A stretch of DNA of 64,000 bases, from NCBI GenBank assembly GCA_963664875.1, contig OY761611.1, forward strand, positions 2,752,001 to 2,816,000, written 5' to 3'. The position numbers were made by a program, and so were the translations under genes. The notes below the pieces were generated by a model, which was given only the letters and a program-made list of their open reading frames with translations, was not told where the DNA came from and ran no database searches. Numbering within the stretch: the stretch's first letter is position 1; every line of letters begins with the position of its first letter. The stretch is from Candidatus Kapaibacterium sp. (GTDB taxonomy: Bacteria; Bacteroidota; Ignavibacteria; Kapaibacteriales; UBA2268). Of this stretch, positions 49,829-59,810 are shown piece by piece.

Positions 49829-49964
49829 TTTAGCCTTTTTGCAAAAAGTTTTTCCGCTTTCTCTCTCATTTTCTCTATAAACACCGGCTAAGGGGTTATA
49901 ATTTAGTGAAGCTCCCCCCATGCCAAAAAGTTTTGTTTAAATTATTACACAAGGTTGTAAAAAA

Positions 49965-50312
49965 ATGGCAAGAAGTGTCAATAAAGTAGCTTCGCACCGT
50001 AAACGCAGAAGAATATTAAAACTCGCCAAAGGTTATTGGGGAGCTAGAAAAAATGTTTGGACGGTTGCGAAAAACCACATCGAAAAAGGTTTACAGCACG
50101 CTTACGTTGGTCGTAAGCTCAAAAAACGCCAATATCGCAGACTTTGGATCGTTCGTATCAATGCTGCGGCTCGCATCAATGGTACTACTTATTCTCGTTT
50201 GATCAATGGATTGAAGAAAAACAATATCCTTATCAATCGTAAAGTTTTAGCTGATTTGGCTGTTCACAGACCTGAAATTTTCGCTGCTATTTGCAAAAAA
50301 GCCGTTGCTTAA
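49965..50312 (+). CDS. rplT: 50S ribosomal protein L20
   Basis: [27 protein letters not shown]. Confidence 0.97.
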   Translation: MARSVNKVASHRKRRRILKLAKGYWGARKNVWTVAKNHIEKGLQHAYVGRKLKKRQYRRLWIVRINAAARINGTTYSRLINGLKKNNILINRKVLADLAVHRPEIFAAICKKAVA

Positions 50313-50345
50313 TTCTTTTTTTTCAATAAAGCAAGAATAAGGATC

Positions 50346-51359
50346 ATGATTGAAGAAATAAGATCCCTTAAGAATAAAATTGAAGAAAAGCTTCAAAATA
50401 TCTCAACGCCGGAAGAGCTCTCGCAATTCCGGCTTGAGTTTTTAGTCAAAAAGGGCACTCTACAGCAGCTTCTGCTTAAAATGAAAGATGTCCCTAAAGA
50501 TATCAAACCAATTGTCGGCAAAGAGCTGAACATACTCAAAAGCTTTGCCGAATCTACTTACGAATCTCTCGTTACCAAATTCTCTGAAGATAATGACGTT
50601 TCGCCTGATTTAGATTTGTCTTTGCCGGGCAGATTGTCTTCTCGTGGTACTTACCACCCTGTCCTTCAGATAATGGACGAGATGATTTCAATTTTTACTG
50701 ATATGGGCTTCGCTGTAGCGGAGGGTCCGGAAATTGAAGATGATTATCATAATTTTGATGCTCTAAATTTCCCACCTGATCACCCCGCTCGTGATATGCA
50801 GGATACTTTCTTTGTCAAATCCGATAAAGAATTACTCTTGCGTACTCATACTTCTCCGGTACAAATTCGGGTAATGCAGGGGCAAAAGCCTCCTATTCGC
50901 TCAATTATGCCGGGTAGAGTATATAGAAACGAAGCTATCAATGCTCGCTCTCTTGCCGAGTTCCATCAGATTGAAGGTCTTTACATTGATAAAAATGTCT
51001 CATTTGCCGAGCTTAAAGGTACAATGATGATATTCGCTAAGAAAATGTATGGCGAGAATTCCGAATTTAGATTCCGTCCTTCATTTTTCCCTTTCACAGA
51101 ACCAAGCGCTGAAATGGATATTACCTGTTTCCTCTGCGGTGGCGAAGGGTGCAAAATATGTAAAGGTAGCGGCTGGCTGGAAATTGCAGGTTGCGGTATG
51201 GTACATCCTAATGTCTTGAAATCCGGCAACATTGACCCTGAAGAATTTACAGGTTATGCTTTTGGATTCGGAATCGAAAGAGTTGCTATGCTTCGCACAG
51301 GCATTGATGATATCAGACTTCTTTACGAAAATGATATACGAGTTTTGAATCAGTTCTAA
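50346..51359 (+). CDS. pheS: Phenylalanine--tRNA ligase alpha subunit
   Basis: HPARDMQDTF, LRTHTSPVQ, FHQIEG, FPFTEPS, AFGFGIER. Confidence 0.97.
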   Translation: MIEEIRSLKNKIEEKLQNISTPEELSQFRLEFLVKKGTLQQLLLKMKDVPKDIKPIVGKELNILKSFAESTYESLVTKFSEDNDVSPDLDLSLPGRLSSRGTYHPVLQIMDEMISIFTDMGFAVAEGPEIEDDYHNFDALNFPPDHPARDMQDTFFVKSDKELLLRTHTSPVQIRVMQGQKPPIRSIMPGRVYRNEAINARSLAEFHQIEGLYIDKNVSFAELKGTMMIFAKKMYGENSEFRFRPSFFPFTEPSAEMDITCFLCGGEGCKICKGSGWLEIAGCGMVHPNVLKSGNIDPEEFTGYAFGFGIERVAMLRTGIDDIRLLYENDIRVLNQF

Positions 51360-51391
51360 AAACTACTGAATTATTACTCTGCTTAATATAT

Positions 51392-51430
51392 AAAAAAACC
51401 GTAAGACATCTCAGTCTCACGGTTTTTTTT
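51392..51430. terminator. Bidirectional terminator
   Basis: AAAAAACCGTAAGAC...GTCTCACGGTTTTTTT. Confidence 0.7.
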
Positions 51431-51456
51431 TATATTTTCAGCAATTTACAAAGCTG

Positions 51457-51903
51457 CTATTTTACAAACACAGATTCCTGATAATATGACTTATCTCCGG
51501 CTTCCCACATTAGTTTAGCTCTCCAAGTGCCGGGTTTGAGTGTGCTTATATCAAATACCTGACTATTGGCAGGAGTTAATTTAAGCGTATAGATTTTATC
51601 AAGTTTTGAATCCGAAGGTCTATAAAAATGCAGGTCGCCTTTTATATCTTCGGACTTGAACAATGACGGTAATTTGATTAGGAATGAATTGTCCGCATAC
51701 TGCAAGATTGGTTGTTCCTGTAGCTTTTGGGTGTTTTTTATCATTTCGATTTTATCTTGATATTGCAATTCCTGCACATAGTAATCTTCAGCTACCAAGT
51801 TTATTGGGATTGTGGACGAAAATATCAGATTGCCCAACATAAAAAGCACAAAAACAACATAGAAAAGTGCTATGCCGGTTCCCCAATTCCATTTCAATTT
51901 CAT
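51457..51903 (-). CDS. fixH: FixH/CcoH-family protein
   Basis: WNWGTGI, LV..DYY..EL.YQ, FYRPSD..LD; downstream of ccoG. Confidence 0.85.
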   Translation of the reverse strand: MKLKWNWGTGIALFYVVFVLFMLGNLIFSSTIPINLVAEDYYVQELQYQDKIEMIKNTQKLQEQPILQYADNSFLIKLPSLFKSEDIKGDLHFYRPSDSKLDKIYTLKLTPANSQVFDISTLKPGTWRAKLMWEAGDKSYYQESVFVK

Positions 51904-51906
51904 ATA

Positions 51907-53370
51907 TTATCTCCCCGGAGCCTGGAAATTGGTAGAAGTGGTTTCTATCAATTTACCTTGTGAATAAATTCCGATTTCAATTTTATTTTTAGTAAAAGGT
52001 ACTTTAGATTTTTCTAATTCCACAAAGAAAGTTGCCTCAACCAGACTTTCGGGTTCCAAATCTAAAGTTGATTTGCCTATAAGTTGAATTTTGCCTTCAG
52101 GTTCTAATAACTTAATTTCAACAGGCATATTATCAAACGTTTTATTGATGATTTTAGCATTGTAGAGATTAGTAATATTTCCATTTGGAAGTTCTTGGAA
52201 CAAAGTACCTGAAGCTCTCAATATAGTAGCTTCTACATCGCTACGTGTGAGTAGCAATGTCCCGGTCAGCACCACAAGGAAAGTAAGCACCAAAGAATAT
52301 GCTATAATGCGAGGTGTCAACTTGAATTTCTGACCATTATCAATTTGATTAATTGAAGCATATTTTATAAGTTTCTTTGGTTTTTCTATTCTTTCCATCA
52401 CATCATCGCAGGCATCCATGCAGGCAGTACAATTTACACATTCGAGCTGCACTCCGTTTCTAATGTCGATACCAGTCGGGCATACTCTGACACATGAACC
52501 GCAATCTATACAGTCTCCGTTACCCTCTGCTATCTGGCCTTTTTGAAGTCTGCCTTTAGGCTCGCCTCGTTTGTAATCATAGTTTACAATGATAGAATTT
52601 TTATCCAATAGCACTGACTGTAATCTGCCGTATGGGCATACATAAGTGCAAGCCTGCTCTCTGAAGTATGAGAATATAAAATAAATTATGCCCGTAAATG
52701 CCATTATCCCAACGAAACCGCCGGGGTTGGCTGCCGGTCCTGCCTTTAAGCCTGCAATAACTTCGTCGATACCAATTAGATATGCTAATCCAAAATTTGC
52801 AATAGTGAAAGCAAGTAGTCCAAAAATAAAATATTTACTTCCTTTTTTGAATATTTTCTCTCCGGTCCATTCAGAAGAGTTTAGCTTTTTCTGAGCGTTA
52901 GCATCGCCTTCGATAAAATATTCTATTTTCCTGAATACCATCTCCATAAATACTGTCTGTGGGCAAGCCCAACCACACCAAATTCTACCAAATACAGTAG
53001 TGAACAGCACAATAAATACAATTAGTGTCAAAAAGGAAAGGGCAAATAAATAAAAATCCTGAGGCCAAAATGCCAGCCCAAATATGATAAAGTGCCTATT
53101 GAAAATATCAAGCAATAAAAATGGTTGGTCGTCAATTTTTACAAATGGCAAGCCAACAAATAGCAGCACCAAAAATGTAGCAACCCAAGCTCTTGCTTTA
53201 TGGTAGGAACCTTTTGGCTTTTTAGGATAAATCCATACTCTGTGTCCCTTCTTGTCGATATTCGAAACTCGGTCTCTATATGACTCTCCTGTTTCGGTAA
53301 TGAGTGATTCCTCTTCGTAGAGATTCTCATTTTCCATTTTTGATTGCTTGTCCGGCATTGTAGTTACCAA
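51907..53370 (-). CDS. ccoG: Cytochrome c oxidase accessory protein CcoG
   Basis: GR.WCGWACPQT, REQ.C...CPYGRLQ, two ferredoxin CxxCxxCxxxC motifs. Confidence 0.95.
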   Translation of the reverse strand: MVTTMPDKQSKMENENLYEEESLITETGESYRDRVSNIDKKGHRVWIYPKKPKGSYHKARAWVATFLVLLFVGLPFVKIDDQPFLLLDIFNRHFIIFGLAFWPQDFYLFALSFLTLIVFIVLFTTVFGRIWCGWACPQTVFMEMVFRKIEYFIEGDANAQKKLNSSEWTGEKIFKKGSKYFIFGLLAFTIANFGLAYLIGIDEVIAGLKAGPAANPGGFVGIMAFTGIIYFIFSYFREQACTYVCPYGRLQSVLLDKNSIIVNYDYKRGEPKGRLQKGQIAEGNGDCIDCGSCVRVCPTGIDIRNGVQLECVNCTACMDACDDVMERIEKPKKLIKYASINQIDNGQKFKLTPRIIAYSLVLTFLVVLTGTLLLTRSDVEATILRASGTLFQELPNGNITNLYNAKIINKTFDNMPVEIKLLEPEGKIQLIGKSTLDLEPESLVEATFFVELEKSKVPFTKNKIEIGIYSQGKLIETTSTNFQAPGR

Positions 53371-53567
53371 TTATGTATATTGCTAAAACGTAATTTCTAA
53401 AACGGACATATTTTTAATTAATTGTTTTACTATTCACTGATTTTGCAGCATAAGAAAGCAATCTCCCATAAGCTTCGAAGTAAATCACCAATCTATGACT
53501 TTTCTTAGATTCAAATAATAAGTATATTTGCTAATATTTTTGAATCACTCTATTATAGAATAGTCAA

Positions 53568-54818
53568 ATGGCAAAAGAGAATATATTTCTGATTGATAAT
53601 ACAAACCAAAGCCACTTCGATTGGGCAACTTTTTGGATAGCGATGTCTCTTGTCGCCTATGGGCTTGTGTGTATTTACTCTGCTACGTACGATTCTTCGA
53701 TGAGTAGCTTTTTCGATAAGCAACTAATGTCTGCAGGAATTGGTTTTATTTTTATGATTGGCTTATCGTTTATTCCCGAATCATGGCTAAAAGCTTCGTC
53801 TTATATAATATTTGGGATGACTCTTGTTTTACTTGCTTTGTTGCCATTTATCGGACATGAGAGCAACGGTACAAAAGGCTGGATACGACTCGGAGGCTTC
53901 TCTTTGCAGCCATCAGAGATTGCTAAAATCAGTCTTATTTTGGTATTGGCACGCCACTTGTCTCTCAAGGGAACAGATATTCAGTCCTTCAGAGATTTGG
54001 GCGTCACTGCCTTACTTTCGCTGATTCCGGTTGCGATGATTGTAGCACAGCCCGATTTCGGTTCTGCAACTGTTTTGATAGTTTTGTTTGTCGGGGTAGT
54101 ATTTTGGGCAGGGTTCGATTCATTTATACTCTATTTTTTCTTCTGCCTTCCATTTATTATGGTCATGTCTTGGATTTCTCCTATTGTTTATTATATCGGC
54201 ACAAGTATTATGTCTGCCGGAGTATTGTTTTTCAGAAGAAAGATATATTTTTCGATTATTGCAATTGCTGTATTTTTTGCAGTTGGTTTTTACGGGCAAC
54301 ACTTTTATGAAGTGCTCGAACCACATCAGAAAAAAAGGATTGATACCTTTATCAAAGCTGACGCAGACCCTCGCGGTGCCGGCTATAATGTACTCCAATC
54401 GATATTGGCAGTAGGTAGTGGCGGGCTGACAGGTAAAGGTTATCTGCAGGGAACACAAACTCAGTTAAGATACATACCTATGCAATGGACTGACTTCATT
54501 TTTTCTGTGCCTAATGAAGAGTTTGGCTTTATCGGAGGAGCACTTGCGATATTGCTGCATGTAGCTTTGATTTTAAGAGCAATAAAAATAGCTTACGACA
54601 CCGACAGCAAATTTTATTCTGTCATGTGTATCGGCATAGCAACTGTCCTGTTTTATCATATAACTATCAATATCGGAATGGCTATAGGTATAATGCCTGT
54701 TATGGGCATCCCTCTGCCGTTTATGAGCCAGGGTGGTACTGCTTTGATAATAAATATGGCGATGGTAGGGCTATTGCTCAATGCTCATAGATATTACAAA
54801 TTGAAACGCGTCGTATAA
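53568..54818 (+). CDS. rodA: Rod shape-determining SEDS protein RodA
   Basis: QPSE.AK, QPD.G, GAGYN..QS..A.GSGG..GKG, GIPLPF.S.GG. Confidence 0.92.
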   Translation: MAKENIFLIDNTNQSHFDWATFWIAMSLVAYGLVCIYSATYDSSMSSFFDKQLMSAGIGFIFMIGLSFIPESWLKASSYIIFGMTLVLLALLPFIGHESNGTKGWIRLGGFSLQPSEIAKISLILVLARHLSLKGTDIQSFRDLGVTALLSLIPVAMIVAQPDFGSATVLIVLFVGVVFWAGFDSFILYFFFCLPFIMVMSWISPIVYYIGTSIMSAGVLFFRRKIYFSIIAIAVFFAVGFYGQHFYEVLEPHQKKRIDTFIKADADPRGAGYNVLQSILAVGSGGLTGKGYLQGTQTQLRYIPMQWTDFIFSVPNEEFGFIGGALAILLHVALILRAIKIAYDTDSKFYSVMCIGIATVLFYHITINIGMAIGIMPVMGIPLPFMSQGGTALIINMAMVGLLLNAHRYYKLKRVV

Positions 54819-54843
54819 CTTATTACTTTTCAAATCGGAATTT

Positions 54844-55845
54844 ATGAGAACTGTAATGAAACTTGCTGTATCACTTGGCGACCCCAATGGCATCGGAATA
54901 GAAATATTTATAAAAGCAGTAGAGGCATTGGGCAGGGATTTACTGACAAAGATAGATTTCTATCTTGCCGGTAATCTTACCACAATTTCTGATTATATCT
55001 ACAAAATGGGGTATAAGCTCAAGTTTGACAAACAGGGCTTTTATATCAATGATAAGTACATAAAAGTAATTGATATAGCTGCTGCATCTCCGATTGAATT
55101 TGGTAAGATTAGTCTTTCAGCCGGTAAACTTTCAGCAGCAGCAGTTGAGTACGCTCTTGAACATACAATCAATAAAACGTATGACGCTATGCTGACTTTG
55201 CCGGTCTCTAAAGAAAGCCTTTACAAAGCAGGTTGGAAATATCCGGGACATACAGAAATGCTTGCCGCGGGTTGCAATACGGATAAGCCTCTAATGATAC
55301 TTTGCACTAGAGAAATGCGTGTAGCATTGGCTACCGTGCATATTCCTATTACCGAAGTATCTCAATCTCTCAGCATAGAAAATATCGTGGAGCTTAGTGT
55401 CATTTTCAATAAGGCTTTAAAGCTGGATTACGGCATAGATAAACCAAAAGTTGCCTTGCTCGGACTGAATCCGCATGCAGGAGAAAACGGCAATATCGGC
55501 AAAGAAGAAATAGATATAATAATTCCGGCTATAGAAATTCTAAAACAAAAGGATATAATTGTCGAAGGGCCTTTCCCGTCAGATGGTTTCTTTGCACACG
55601 GAGCTTATCGAGATTTCGACGGAATACTTGCAATGTACCACGATCAAGGGCTAATACCTCTCAAAATGTCAGCTCAGGGTGCCGGAGTAAATGTAACTGC
55701 AGGTTTGCCGATTATTCGAACTTCTCCGGATCATGGCACTGCTTTTGCGATTGCAGGTAAAAATATTGCTGACCACAGAAGCACCCTCGAAGCGATAGAA
55801 ATGGCTTACGAATTTGTACAAAACAGAAGAAGGATTTTTGACTAA
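54844..55845 (+). CDS. pdxA: 4-hydroxythreonine-4-phosphate dehydrogenase
   Basis: GDPNGIG.E, PGHTE, LNPHAGE, MYHDQGL, RTSPDHGTAF. Confidence 0.95.
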   Translation: MRTVMKLAVSLGDPNGIGIEIFIKAVEALGRDLLTKIDFYLAGNLTTISDYIYKMGYKLKFDKQGFYINDKYIKVIDIAAASPIEFGKISLSAGKLSAAAVEYALEHTINKTYDAMLTLPVSKESLYKAGWKYPGHTEMLAAGCNTDKPLMILCTREMRVALATVHIPITEVSQSLSIENIVELSVIFNKALKLDYGIDKPKVALLGLNPHAGENGNIGKEEIDIIIPAIEILKQKDIIVEGPFPSDGFFAHGAYRDFDGILAMYHDQGLIPLKMSAQGAGVNVTAGLPIIRTSPDHGTAFAIAGKNIADHRSTLEAIEMAYEFVQNRRRIFD

Positions 55846-56327
55846 TGGCTAAAGATAAATTTCCTGTTACGCCTGCTATAAGGCTACTGAAGCAAAAGAA
55901 AGCTGATTTTACAGAATTTATATACGAGTATGAAGAAAAGGGTGGTACTGCTCAAACGGCAACCGAGCTTTCAGTGGAGGAGCATTCGGTAATAAAAACT
56001 TTGGTGATAGATTGTGGGGAAAAAGACCCTGTCATCATTCTGATGCACGGAGACAAAGAAGTCTCTATGAAAAATCTTGCAAGGCAGCTTGCTGTCAAAA
56101 CAGCACAGCCGGCGACATCTGATATGGCAAGCAAAGCAACAGGGTATCAGTTCGGTGGTACAAGCCCGTTTGGCACAAAAAAATCTTTACAGATAGCTGC
56201 AGAAAAAAGTATTTTTGATTTAGATAGTATCTATATAAATGGTGGCAAACAGGGATTTATTCTTAAAATGAAACCTCAGGTCTTGAAAGATATTTTCCCA
56301 ATCACAGAAGTAGAAGTTGCAATCTAA
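55845..56327 (+). CDS. ybaK: Cys-tRNA(Pro) deacylase, YbaK/EbsC family
   Basis: TPA...L, KTLV, TGY..GG.SPFG, INGG..G. Confidence 0.88.
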   Translation: MAKDKFPVTPAIRLLKQKKADFTEFIYEYEEKGGTAQTATELSVEEHSVIKTLVIDCGEKDPVIILMHGDKEVSMKNLARQLAVKTAQPATSDMASKATGYQFGGTSPFGTKKSLQIAAEKSIFDLDSIYINGGKQGFILKMKPQVLKDIFPITEVEVAI

Positions 56328-56396
56328 TCTGCGGATTAATCAAGTCTATTCTCCGCAGTGCAAATACTAGTAAAAACACTTTTTTACCCGGAATAT

Positions 56397-56442
56397 TTAA
56401 CACAAAAGCCTCTGCAAACGAATGCAGAGGCTTTTGTGTTAA
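56397..56442. terminator. Bidirectional terminator
   Basis: TTAACACAAAAGCCTCTGCA-6nt-TGCAGAGGCTTTTGTGTTAA perfect inverted repeat between convergent genes. Confidence 0.8.
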
Positions 56443-56466
56443 ATTCAAAGAAAATAGCTTGAAATA

Positions 56467-57003
56467 TTAGAAGCCCATTTTCTTAGATTCGAAAGTATAA
56501 GGGATTGTAATTACATCTTCTGCATTGTTTTTATTAGTCAAAATCAGATTACCGGTGATTTTACCAACATTGTTGTTGATATAATAATGCACAGATAAGT
56601 GATTTTCGTGAGTTTCAGCTTTTCCTGCCAAAGTGATATTTTTCATAGTGTAAGCATGTTTGCCTACAGTACTGAATTGAGAAAGGCATTGAGCTAAAGT
56701 GCCGTCACCAAGACATGCACCGATAGAAACATTTTCACCTTCTATAGAAGTGATTTCAATTTCCATCTTGATTTCAACAGTTGCATCGCCTGTATTTTTT
56801 ATAGTAGGATAGACTGCTATTTCTGAGTTGTCGCTACCTTGTACCATTAGTTTAGATTCGTTTATAGAAGCATCAGAGATCAACTCCAAAACTTTTACTT
56901 TAGGAGTAGGAGTTACCGGATTATCATCTTTATCGTCATCAGAGCATGATGTAAAGATAAAAACGAGAGCAAGGAAGGGCAATAGAGCCAATAGTTTTTT
57001 CAT
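56467..57003 (-). CDS. Hypothetical lipoprotein, probably Ig-like beta-sandwich
   Basis: MKKLLALLPFLALVFIFTSC-SDDDKDDNP, a typical FCB lipoprotein N-terminus. Confidence 0.75.
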   Translation of the reverse strand: MKKLLALLPFLALVFIFTSCSDDDKDDNPVTPTPKVKVLELISDASINESKLMVQGSDNSEIAVYPTIKNTGDATVEIKMEIEITSIEGENVSIGACLGDGTLAQCLSQFSTVGKHAYTMKNITLAGKAETHENHLSVHYYINNNVGKITGNLILTNKNNAEDVITIPYTFESKKMGF

Positions 57004-57143
57004 AGCAAAAAACCTTTGTGTATAATAGAACAATTTTCTTAATTTAGCGTAAAGTTATAATATATAGACAAGATATGCAAAGAATAAGTTACAAGAAAAT
57101 TTGAGAATTTGCTATATTAACAAAATAAAACGGGGTATTCACC

Positions 57144-57653
57144 ATGAAAAAGCTTCTAATCATTCTACCGGTTCTGCTTCTTGCTTTTGTTTTCCAAACT
57201 GTAAGCACTGCGAAAGATGCTAATAAAGTGCCTTCAGTAAAAGTTAAAGATATCAAAGGTAACGAAATAGATACTAAAGACTTGTCTAACGGCGGAAAAC
57301 CGTTTGTGATAAATTTTTGGGCTACTTGGTGCAAGCCTTGTATCCTTGAGCTAAATAATATTGCGGAAGTTTATCCTGATTGGGTAGAAGAAACCGGTAT
57401 CAAAATTTATGCTGTATCTATTGATGACTCACGAAACAGTCGTCGTGTTGCTCCTTTTGTAAAAGGTCGTGGTTGGAAATACGAAGTACTTTTAGATGAA
57501 AATAAAGATTTTTCAAGAAAAATGAACGTAAACAATCCTCCTCACACTTTCCTTTGTAACGGTAAAGGCGAAATAGTTTGGCAGCATAACGGTTATGCAC
57601 CGGGAGATGAAGAAGAATTGCTTGCTGAAATCAAAAAGCTTCTCAAAAAATAA
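57144..57653 (+). CDS. TlpA/ResA-family thiol-disulfide oxidoreductase
   Basis: Signal peptide, NFWATWCKPC. Confidence 0.92.
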   Translation: MKKLLIILPVLLLAFVFQTVSTAKDANKVPSVKVKDIKGNEIDTKDLSNGGKPFVINFWATWCKPCILELNNIAEVYPDWVEETGIKIYAVSIDDSRNSRRVAPFVKGRGWKYEVLLDENKDFSRKMNVNNPPHTFLCNGKGEIVWQHNGYAPGDEEELLAEIKKLLKK

Positions 57654-57920
57654 TTAGCATAAATAAATTGCTGAATAATTGAAGAGATGGTCAGTTTTGG
57701 CTGTCTCTTTTTTTTGTATCCAAAGGCTTGCATAATCCTTTGTCAAGAAAAAAATATTGACATAATGAGATTTCCTAATCACATTTGTTGATTTACTCGA
57801 AAAATATCGGATAATAGCAAAATTCGGAGATAAATAAGTCGAACATTGAAATAATATCTTTGATATTAAATGAATTATATTATATTTGTTTCGTCTATTA
57901 TATTTTGACGTGCAGATACT

Positions 57921-59810
57921 ATGAGCAAAAAATCCAGATACTACTTCCTTCTGATTCTAATTACTTTGGTTTCTAATTCGTGCTTTTATAAAGTCACTGA
58001 GCCAAAGAAATTGGAATGTGTTGTCGAAAGGCAAGAATGCTATCCTCAGAGATGGACAGGCACTCCCGAAGATACTTCGCGAACTGTTTCGGAAAACAAA
58101 CCGTACTACATAATTATTTCGGAAGTAGAAGGCTTAAACACAGGTGCTCAGGAATACGGAATTGCACATATAGCAGATAACGATTTTATATTGCAAAGTT
58201 CTGACTTGCAATCCACTCTTAATTTTTGCAATGCTGTAACTTCTGATAACTTTGTGGCAGGCGAACTGTATGACGAAATTAAGCAGATGAGAGCCGGAGC
58301 TGTTTCCGTGAGAGGGAAAAAATTAGTCTTCGCCCAGGCAGAAAATGCAAAAATTGGTGGCTCTTTCAAAATCAACAACTACAAAGAAAGTATTGGCAAT
58401 TCCAGATTGTACGAAGCTGAGATTGATTATAAAGATATCAGTAATATAAAAAAAATTGACTTTAACTTTAACGATACAAACCGAGCATGGCTTTCTCAGC
58501 CTGCTTTAAGTCCTTCGGGGGATGTGCTTTTCCTTGTTACTAATCAGGACATGCAACTGAAAGGGACAGATATATACTTTTCCGTACTAAAATCCGGGAA
58601 ATGGTCAGAGCCTATTAACTGTGGCGATGTAATCAATACTGACTGTGATGAACTTACACCTTTTGTATCACATGATGGGAAATATCTGTATTTTTCGAGT
58701 AACGGTCGCGACAATATCGGTGGCTATGATATTTTTAGGATTTCACTTCCTGATGGCTTTTTTGATAAACTGAAATCCAATTATCAAGGTGCACTAAGCT
58801 CCTTAACCGAAGCTGAAAATCTTGGCTCCCCTGTCAATACTTCATACGACGAGTTTTTCCCTTCATCACCTGCAAATCCTGATTCTATTCTTTACTTTAG
58901 TTCAGACAGAAACGGTGCTGCAATTAGTTCTGTTAGTCTAAAAGGCGGATTTGATATTTTTGTCAGAAGGATAGTTTATCCTGATAACTATGAGTATGCA
59001 AAAAGAGAGAGGAAGGAGCAATACATTAATGTTTCGCAAAATCGGGAAGAATTGAAAATAGAAGAGCCCGCTTTTGATGTACCTAAAGAAAAGCTGAAGC
59101 AGCAATCGCCGAGAAAGAAAATTCCCGTTGTGGATTTCACACTCTATAAACTAAAAGGCAAAGTACGCAGTACTAAAGACAATTCGCCGATAGTTGGTGC
59201 TTCTGTTATAGCAACGGATGTAGTCAAAGATGAAATTTTTGCAGACACAAAAACTGACACGAGTGGAAGCTACGAACTTTTGCTTGAGCAAAATAAAGAA
59301 TACAAAATAACAGCTCACGGTGAAGAAGATTTTTACGATTCATATAATCTAAAAGTCGATTCCGGAGACACAAGAAAGGAAATTATTAAAGATTTTAGAG
59401 TTGAAAAGAAACAGATTATTCGTATCAATTTCCCTTATGATATGTGGGATAATCCTTATGATATGACTCTTGACAGCCTTGGCAATGAGACAGGAAGAAC
59501 ATGGCAGGAAGAATTGAAAATGCTTGCTGATAATATACTAAACAGCATAGAAAGTATTGACTATATAGTACTTACAGGACATACGGACTTTATAGCTTCT
59601 GACAGTTATAATATTAAATTAGGTAAAAAAAGAGTAGATTTTGTAATTTCGGAATTGGTGAAACTCGGTGTGCCCGAAAACATTTTAAAATCTGTTTCAA
59701 AGGGTAAAAAGGAGTTGTTGCCGAAACATAAGGATGAGGAAGACGAGCAGTACAGAAAAAGACTGCGTCGTGTAACTGTTGAAAAAATAATGAAGAGACA
59801 AAAAAGATAA
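57921..59810 (+). CDS. PD40 + carboxypeptidase-regulatory-like + OmpA domain lipoprotein (PorE-like architecture)
   Basis: Lipobox VSNSC; PD40 repeats (P.VS.DG.YLYFSS...GGYDI); KTD.SG.Y; GHTD...YN..L...R. Confidence 0.8.
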   Translation: MSKKSRYYFLLILITLVSNSCFYKVTEPKKLECVVERQECYPQRWTGTPEDTSRTVSENKPYYIIISEVEGLNTGAQEYGIAHIADNDFILQSSDLQSTLNFCNAVTSDNFVAGELYDEIKQMRAGAVSVRGKKLVFAQAENAKIGGSFKINNYKESIGNSRLYEAEIDYKDISNIKKIDFNFNDTNRAWLSQPALSPSGDVLFLVTNQDMQLKGTDIYFSVLKSGKWSEPINCGDVINTDCDELTPFVSHDGKYLYFSSNGRDNIGGYDIFRISLPDGFFDKLKSNYQGALSSLTEAENLGSPVNTSYDEFFPSSPANPDSILYFSSDRNGAAISSVSLKGGFDIFVRRIVYPDNYEYAKRERKEQYINVSQNREELKIEEPAFDVPKEKLKQQSPRKKIPVVDFTLYKLKGKVRSTKDNSPIVGASVIATDVVKDEIFADTKTDTSGSYELLLEQNKEYKITAHGEEDFYDSYNLKVDSGDTRKEIIKDFRVEKKQIIRINFPYDMWDNPYDMTLDSLGNETGRTWQEELKMLADNILNSIESIDYIVLTGHTDFIASDSYNIKLGKKRVDFVISELVKLGVPENILKSVSKGKKELLPKHKDEEDEQYRKRLRRVTVEKIMKRQKR

